A DNA stretch of 64,000 bases from Phoronis australis (lineage: Eukaryota > Animalia > Phoronida): assembly GCA_002633005.1 (NCBI GenBank), contig NMRA01000001.1, positions 624,625-688,624 of the forward strand, in the 5' to 3' direction. A program made the translations under genes and the position numbers. Below are positions 49,201 through 58,200 of this stretch, in pieces. How positions within the stretch are numbered: position 1 is the stretch's first letter; each line of letters opens with the position of its first letter. Under the pieces are notes generated by a model. The model saw nothing but the letters and a program-made list of their open reading frames with translations, was not told the DNA's origin and searched no databases.

Positions 49201-52200
49201 GCTGTATGAGACTACAATAGGACAGTTGCAAATAGAAATCTCCTTTGTCCGAGAGGTAGAAAAACGCATTGTAACAATGTCTTTGTCATAGAAATTTAGA
49301 AATCTTGACAAACAGTATCACATCAAGGGATACGTCTCAGGTGCATGCCACCTTCTGCCGTCGGGGTTGCAGTAAAACTTCGATGGCATTCTAAGGTCAA
49401 ATACGGTTAATGCAGTCGAGAAAAAGTTAAAAAAGCTAAACACCAACGAATAACATACTGAGGTAATTCAACGGCACCAAAACGAGGCCAGAAAACTGCT
49501 CTACCAAAGTTTTAGTATTGTGCGTAAATACTGCAAGGTTCAAGTGACGTCCCATTGATTTAGTGCATGTTAGTTCTACCAAGCCCCCAAAATACTACAG
49601 ATTCTGCATTTACGAAAGAAATGATAATTCAAATTTTTGAGCTACCACCTTAAATCTGTTAATCATATGCACTAAACAAAACCATCGTCACAAGCTTGAC
49701 CTCAACAGTGACGGAAGTCTTTACTTACCGAGACGTTCCACTCCGCCGAAGGCTCGACAATGGCGGCACCATGTGTTGCAGCATGTACTCTCGCAGCAGA
49801 CGACTCCGCGGTCGCATGATGTCATCGTCATCATCATCATCGTCACCCTCGTCTTGCTGCGGTCGGCGCTGCGGCTGCGGCTGTTGTTGAGACGTTTTCT
49901 TGTCCGAAGTCATCTCCTCCTGGTGCTTTGTGTCACGATCTCTCAGCAGACGTTGAATGTGGTCTGGAAAAAATGCAGTGACACTTTGCAACCTTACTGA
50001 TTAATTGAATCTGCGATATGTTTCAAAAGTAAGACTTTTCACTCCCTTTTCCCAAACTAAAATCCTTTAAGTTGAGAATACCACAGACTTCAGCTGCAGC
50101 AGTGGTGATAACTTATCACAGAATATACTATGAAGGTATAAGCCCGATGTTTTAAAAATCAAAACTTTCAACTCTGAACACATTACAAATTCATAACAGA
50201 GTATTGTGGAAAAGCGAAACGATTTCATTTAATGTAATATTTCTTTCTTTCAAAAACAATTTAATATGGATAAGGCTGTTTCTCTATTCCACGTTAATTT
50301 TAAAATCTAGTCTAATGAAAAGTTCATATAAATAGCCCCCAAAAAAGAAGACAAATGCACCTGCACAGATCCGAGTCACCCTTAGACCACACTAACACAT
50401 CGCTTAATAAAGACCAGACTGACCCAAATCACCCTTAGACCACAAACCTTTCATTTCCTTTATACCAGTGCCATCCTCCGCGGCACCAGTCACTGCCATC
50501 TTGTAAAGCATGCTCTGAGCACGCTCCAGTTCATCCAGTGAGACGGCTTTGGGCAGCGGCGAAGCGACCACGGCCAACTGTACCATCTCCTTCATCACAG
50601 CCCTCAACGCGTCACGTATCCCATGAGGCTGTTTCTCTGTCGAAGTTGATGACGAGGAAGAAGTTGTCGACGCCTCCTCTTCCTTCTTTGTGTCTGCCTT
50701 GGGAACGAGAAACATTTCTGCGTAGCGGCTGCACCCCAGTAGATTATTCAGCGACTTTAGCGCGGCAAGTCTCAAATTCACCAATTGGATCTCCTTAAAC
50801 TCGCCATCGAAACTCCTCTGGCTATTATCTTCCCGCACTGGCTGAGGTTTCTTACCGTTATCACCATCGTCACCATCGTCAACTTTCTCCGCATCTTTCT
50901 TTGCCGTCCCCTCATTACCATCTGATGATTTGAGCTTCACATCGGACAAGTCGACTGTGATCTCGTCCTGTCCTGCTGGCTGGAGACTGGTCTGCACCAG
51001 ACTGGACACCATGTCCGAGGCCAGGTTGCTGACCGTCTCTATTCGATGTTCTACCTCGTCACAGATGGTGGCCAGCTGGCTCCTGATTTGGCGAGCTAAC
51101 ACTCTGGTCTCTCCGCTGTCTTCCAGTGTCGAGGATTCATCCTGAGAACAAGAGAGATACAAGTCAGAAACAGAAGACAGCAAAGCTCGGAAGAGACAAT
51201 CTTGACAGGACGCATCTTTTGAGCAAGGGAAACTTGGGCAAGTGACAGGCAGCCATGAATCTAGGATTCATCCTGCACACAACGCACCCATGGGTCAGAG
51301 ACAGGAGGCCACGATTTTGGAGGATAATATCATATGATTCATAAGTTTGATAGTCACTTGGTAAAAAAAACAATAAAAACTCCCAAAGCAAACAGTATTG
51401 ACGTCATTTCCTCTCACCTCGGAATCCGAAGAGCGCTTGCTCGACTTCTTGTCAGCATTGTGGTCTACCTCCTCCATTGACTCGGCGTTCAGAGCCTTAG
51501 CGATGTCTGCGTCCAGGGTTTTCTCTAGTTTCTTCAACTCATTGGATTCAGCTTCCGAATCTTTCCTGACACGTGACTCCTGGCAATGACGAAGATGGCA
51601 GCCATTTTAGTTCAGTTCAAAATGTGTTAATTAGGTAATACAGATAGCTGATACAGACTCCGATTAAGATCACAAAGGAGCTGCAGACAAAACAATGAAT
51701 AAAAATGATAAAAATGGAGCAAAAAACAGAACAATTCAGTAGCAAGTCCTCATGCAAAATGTGGCAACAATGCCATCAACATTACGTGGCCAATTGATGT
51801 CTGCAAACCATATTCAAAATGCCATGAGCTGTTTATATTCATTTGTCTGTAATTCAGTAATTGTGATGAATTTTAAATTAAATGTTTTATACGCAAAAAC
51901 CACAAACTTTCAAGCAAACAACAGCAAATTATTTGAACGCCATCTACGGATCATCCCCAACATGAAAGCTGTTCTGAGAATTCAACAGTGGTCCCAAAGT
52001 GGGACACACTGCAAAGACCTTTGAGTCAGGTTTCTAGCTCCTTAGCTCGGTTTTAACCATATATTGATAAAACATAAAATAGTTCCAGGTGATCAGTGCA
52101 ATGGGCGCACCTTAGCCGCCTGAACACGTCTGGTACGACGTGTCTCTGACCACTAGCAACTATTTTTTTCAAGTGAAGCATTAACCAATGAATTTACCAA

Positions 52201-55200
52201 GGTCAAGGTCAATAAACAACGGCTCACTCAAGACTAACCAAAACATCAGTTTTTAATTGACAGCGTGTCTTCCTTGTTTTGTCTGATTTCATAAAATTTC
52301 ACATTATGCGGCAAAAACCACACATGGTTTTGCTCTGTGCTTTTTGAGAATCGACGCGGTGCAGTATATTTCAAAAAACTACATCACAGTGTCTGCGTAG
52401 CTTTTGAAGAAAAGAACTTAGAGAAAATCACAGTCATACAGGTGGCTGACTTTTTTAATAAAGAGAGAGCAGGTTCCAAAATGAGTAGAGTGCAGGCCTG
52501 AAATATGAAGTAATGTTATTTTCTTCGGCCTTACATTGCCTACATCTACTTTGGATGTTTCTGGTTTGGCATCAGAATCGTCCTTAGTCTCCTGATTGGT
52601 TGGTTGGCTTTCGCAGGACACCAGCGACATCTTGAGGAGGCTGTTTAAGATGTCAGCGGACAGGCCAGAGAACTTGGCAGCGTCAAACGACACAGGTTCA
52701 ACAGGGGTCAACTGACAGACGGGCGAGTCACTAAGCAGACGACAAAAAGCAGATGTTAAAAAAATGACAAAAGAAAACTTATAAACGAGACATAATCAAC
52801 TTTCCACAGGAAACTGGTAAAATCCAACACGCATATTGTTACAGCAGTATCCGAAAACAACAAAATTCAGTTGAAGTCCACGGGTGACCCAGAATCAAAG
52901 TGGGCAGTGAGATGCATATAGTTAGCACTTGGTTTCCTTTAACTTCAGCAATTTCTGTCCTTTGGGATTTCAGGAAAATCCGACTTGAAAAATCGAAGGC
53001 CGATTTAAGCTGGAAATACACCAAGATGCCTAAAAAATTACAACACACAACAATAGACAGCGTGCAATAGACATACATAAACAAGAGAGAAAAGTGTGGT
53101 AATAAAAAAACATAAAACTGACCAGACAGAGGCCTCGCCGTCTTCCCACTGGACTTTCACGGATGATGAGCCAGTCTTGAGCGAGCCCAAGATGACCGCC
53201 CGCTTAGATGTGGCCTTGTGCACGCACTGACCCCCCATCCTCAGGCCACTGTCCAATCCGCCCATCACAACCAGTGCAGGCCACACCTGCCAAACAGTTA
53301 CACGTTAAGTTATCGGCATTCAAATACAAAAGTTCGTCTCCCCTCACACGACATGGGCGACTCAAGAAAATTTTATTTGCAATTTGACAAAACTGAATAT
53401 TTTTCTATGAAAATTAGAACGAAAATACCTTTGAGGACCTAACAATATGAATGGATTAAAAAATATTTACCGGTATTAATAATCTTCCGGCCAACACTCC
53501 TTGTACAACAACAACTTATACCAGACTCGCATATAATTATTTTTAATAGGAGATTTGTATCAGACAATCAATACCCCTATACTACTAAATAAAATTTAGC
53601 ACCGAAAGCGTGTCAAAAAGGCGATCATGATAAGAGTATACACCTGTTGACAGAGCTCATCAAAAACGACCACTTTGGTCACATTGGGCTTTTTCTCATC
53701 CACGTCAGTCTTCTCCTTGACAGACAGTGCCACTTCTTGGCCTGCAGAAGAGAAACCTGCTCTGTCATATAACCCATGTCTTTACAGAAACTTGAAATTA
53801 TTAAACTGGTGGAGTTTGCAAGAGGAAAATACAACAAACACAGCCCAAGTCACTACTGCAGTTGTCTTCAAAATAAGCTGGACAGAACTCTGCCATATCC
53901 TGGACAAACTTCAGGCCTTAATAAGAAAGCACTGTAGTCAGATATTTGTATCCATAAAATTGTATTTTTGTTAAACGCCAGTTAGAAAATGTGATGCTAT
54001 TGAGTCTAGCCAGTAATTGTTAAAAAACTGCCCAAATCAAACGACATTCTAGCAAAAGAGAAATTTAATGGGTATCAAATCCCAATTTTGTGGGTCGACA
54101 CTTCGTCAACATTATTCAATTAATTTTGAAAAACACGGCATAGCTACGGTCAAGTATGATTCTATCAACGAGACGAGTGAAAACATTTGTGGTCATAATC
54201 CTCAAGAGCAGACAAACAGGCGGGTGTACATAAAGTGATTTGAAAATGCATTCACCAATTTAGCTTTAACAGCGGGAATGTTGCACACAAAAAATTCACT
54301 TTAAAAAAAGTGAGAAGAAAATTAACAACAAACAGTGTGAGATGCAAGATGTAAGTAAAAGAATATTTTTCATGATGTTTCATTTAAAACTAAACCATGA
54401 CATCCATAAGTTACAATAAAACACGCCCTATTTAACAAAAGAAGACATCAGCCTGTCACGCAAACTGATGAATAAACGATCACCCACCGTCACTATTCGC
54501 AACATCCAGCTCCAGCTGATTTTTCCCGCTCTTTATCAGTTCTGTCAGTTGGTGAGCAGCAGACAATCTTCCCATGATGCAACTGTTCACGTGACTGGTC
54601 CAGCCATCATCTGCCGCATGAAGCGTGCGCAGTAGACGTAGAGTGGCCTCCGTAAGAACGACGTGCACGGGCGAACAGAAAGGTTCCCCAGCTGTGAGGC
54701 TCCGTGGTGCTCCTCGCACCTGCATGTCGGTGATCTTGACCTGAATAAGTGGAAACCTCATTCTCAACCAAACTGTGAGAAAACAAGTTTGCGTAAAGCC
54801 CACCTCCTACAGTGTTAGTTAAATCTAAACAACTTTATCATAAAAAATGGAGAAAAATAAATGGCTGACACATGATTAATTTCTAGAATTAACATTGGAA
54901 CTACAATTTGAACTTTTAGCAACTAAAATGAGTTTTGGTCATGTTCCTAACAAGCTATTGTCTAATCGTGGAACATAATCACATTTGTGACCTAATTACG
55001 AATTGCGAAACCAGATACATGCGCATGCTGGAATAGAGATATGCGAGATCTTTCATTCTCGCCACCTGCTAGTTGTTTCTGAATGTCTCGACCACCTATT
55101 GGACATGTAACATAACATTCTGTCCGTAACAACATCACAAATGCATCAGAATGTCTCCACGTCTATTCGTATAACAAACCTTTTCTCCAGGATTACTGCT

Positions 55201-58200
55201 GTAGAACATAACACAAGGGTACACCTCTGTGGCGTCAATGTTTTCAAATGCAATCTTTGGCTCCTGCAAGGTACAACATTATATAATATCCACAAATCTC
55301 CGTAGGGCAAAGCATAGATAGGCCACAGAAATTAAAAGGGAATGAATGTTTTGTAGCTATCCCAATGGTTAATGTTATGCTGGATTATAGAATAATGTCC
55401 AAATTTGGCAAACATTTGAACCCCACTTCTCAAAAATGGTCGACTGTNGACGTGTTCCTGAAGAACCCAGCAAATGTTACGCCTCGTTGTTTTATGAATG
55501 AGCAGAAAAACAGGCGGGCGTAAACAAAGTGATTTGAAAATGCATTCACCAATTTAACTTTAACTGCGGGAATGCTGCACACAAAAAATTCACTATAAAA
55601 ACGTGAGAAGAAAAATTAACAACAAACAGTGTGAGATGCAAGATGTAAGTAAAAGAATATTTTTCATGATGTTTCATTTAAAACTAAACCATGACATCCA
55701 TAAGTTACAATAAAACACGCCCTATTTAACAAAAAAAGACATCAGCCTGTCACGCAAACTGATGAATAAACGATCACCCACCGTCACTATTCGCAACATC
55801 CACCTCCAGCTGATTTTTCCCGCTCTTTATCAGTTCCGTCAGTTGGTGAGCAGCAGACAACCTCCCCATGATGCAACTGTTCACGTGACTGGTCCAGCCA
55901 TCATCTGCCGCGTGAAGCGTGCGCAGTAGACGTAGAGTGGCCTCCGTAAGAACGACGTGCACGGGCGAACAGAATGGTTCCCCTGCTGTGAGGCTCCGTG
56001 GTGCTCCTCGCACCTGCATGTCGGTGATCTTGACCTGAATAAGTGGAAACCTCATTCTCAACCAAACTGAGAAAACAAGTTTGCATAAAGCCCACCTCCT
56101 ACAGTGTTAGTTAAATCTAAACAACTTTATCATAAAAAATGGAAAAAATAGATGGCTGGCACATGATTAATTTCTAGAATTAACATTGGAACTACAATAT
56201 GAACTTTTAGCAACTAAAATGAGTTTTGGTCATGTTCCTAACAAGCTATTGTCTAATCACAAAACATAATCACATTTGTGACCTAATTACGAATTGCGAA
56301 ACCAGATACATGCTCATGCTGGAATAGAGATATGCGAGATCTTTCATTCTCGCCACCTGCTAGTTGATTCTTAATGTCTCGACCACCTATTGGACATGTA
56401 ACATAACATTCTGTCCGTAACAACATCACAAATGCATCAGAATGTCTCCATGCCTATTTGTATAACAAACCTTTTCTCCAGGGTTACTGCTGTAGAACAT
56501 AACACAAGGGTACACCTCTGTGGCGTCAATGTTTTCAAATGCAATCTTTGGCTCCTGCAAGGTACAACATTATATAATATCCACAAATCTCCGTAGGGCA
56601 AAGCATAGATAGGCCACAGAAATTAAAAGGGAACGAATGTTTTGTAGCTATCCCAAAGGTTAATGTTATGCAGGATTCTAGAATAATGTTCAAATTTGGC
56701 AAATATTTGATCTCCACTTCTCAAAAATGGTCGACTGTATTCACTATCACATAGTTCATCAAACGCTATCAGAAATATTTTTGTTTTTCAAAAAAACATT
56801 TAATAAGCCAAACCAGAATGTTTAACCTTAAATTATACTAGCAGCATATATTCACGTGAAATCCTTTCCTAAGTCTAATACAGTATTGCGTTTGTAATGT
56901 TTAAGCTAAATAAAAATTAAGCTATTTTTTAATTTAAAATAATCTCCGAAAAGTAATCGAACAAAGTTCAGTGAGGAGATTCTAGGAGGATTTACGCGGT
57001 TATTTTCAGCACTTTACCTCGCCGTTTTTGCCAAATGCCAGCGTGCGCGCATCCATATCTAGATGACACGTGACGTAATCTCCATGCGTGTACGCCGCCA
57101 GCGTGCGACTCTGCTCGCCGCCATGGTAAAGATTACCGCTGTAGGCGCGATACAGCCACATGTCCGAGGTGCTGCGATGATTGGCATCACGCACCGGCCA
57201 ACGGGCCACACCAACGCACGTCCCCTCATTGCCACGGTTCTCTTTGACAATGAGAAACTGTAAAAAAGAGATAACATCAGTCAAAGTTGGGGCGTTGGAA
57301 TTTCAGGCAGGAAAATTGTGGTGAGAGGAATGCCGACCAAAACAGTACATTGTGCCATCTGCTTTGATGACAGCATCTACACCAGATTCCATGGAAACTA
57401 CAAAGTGTAACAGACTTCATTCAGAAGATCACGACCCAATTGCTTTTAAAGTAGCAAAAAGAACTGAATAGTGATATCAACATCAAATGTATCACATTGA
57501 ATATTATGAACTACCATTATTCCAGTCACATGACTCACTTTCCATTGGTAAGACCCAGTGCTGATGGGCGTGTTGCAGACAGCGTAGCCCCGCCCTCCGG
57601 TGCCGTGAGTAACAGTGTGCCCACTGTCGACCATACAACTCACCATCTTCTCAGTGTCAAAGGAAACCTGAAGAAAACAGTCAGTTACTCCATGTTGAGC
57701 CAGAGCCTGCAATAAGTCCAACCTCAATTGAACTCTTCTTTAGTGGAGGTAGAAACCTGCATGGATTGACTGACCTACTTTCCAAAATGTCAGGCACATC
57801 AAGCACAGATATTTGCCCTTTTGCTGATTTCTTGAAATAATACAAGTTTGCCAGCAATAGTGAATTACATAATATCTAGGATATGAGATCGTCGCCAACA
57901 CATTTGCATGTCAGTAAGCAGGACGCTTGTGTTGCATTGTGGGTAATTACCTATGAATGATATGCTTGTTAAATGTCACGAAGTCAATTTAAACAGTTCT
58001 TACATGCAAACTCTAATTCATAGATTAACATCTCATTAGTAGTTCACCTGGGATCAAAACTACCAAATTAAACTAGACTGGACAGTCATGAAAGTCAACT
58101 AACCTGTTGTTCCCTCAAAGCCGACCACACACCATTGGTCAATCCTTCATTTGAATATCAAGAAAAGTTTGACGAAGAACGTTAAAGATTGAAGTAAAAT

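Larger units (their letters stand above)
54206..56738. repeat. ~1.24 kb tandem duplication (54206-55447 and 55500-56738) carrying two HERC1 exons
   Basis: Near-identical copies with scattered SNPs and indels, and a single N at 55448 at the junction. Confidence 0.95.

Noticed and set aside
58098-58125. Second microexon ending at a CAG|GTTAGT donor
   Set aside because: The only nearby acceptor is a weak GAG giving 10 nt, which breaks the phase-0 frame.
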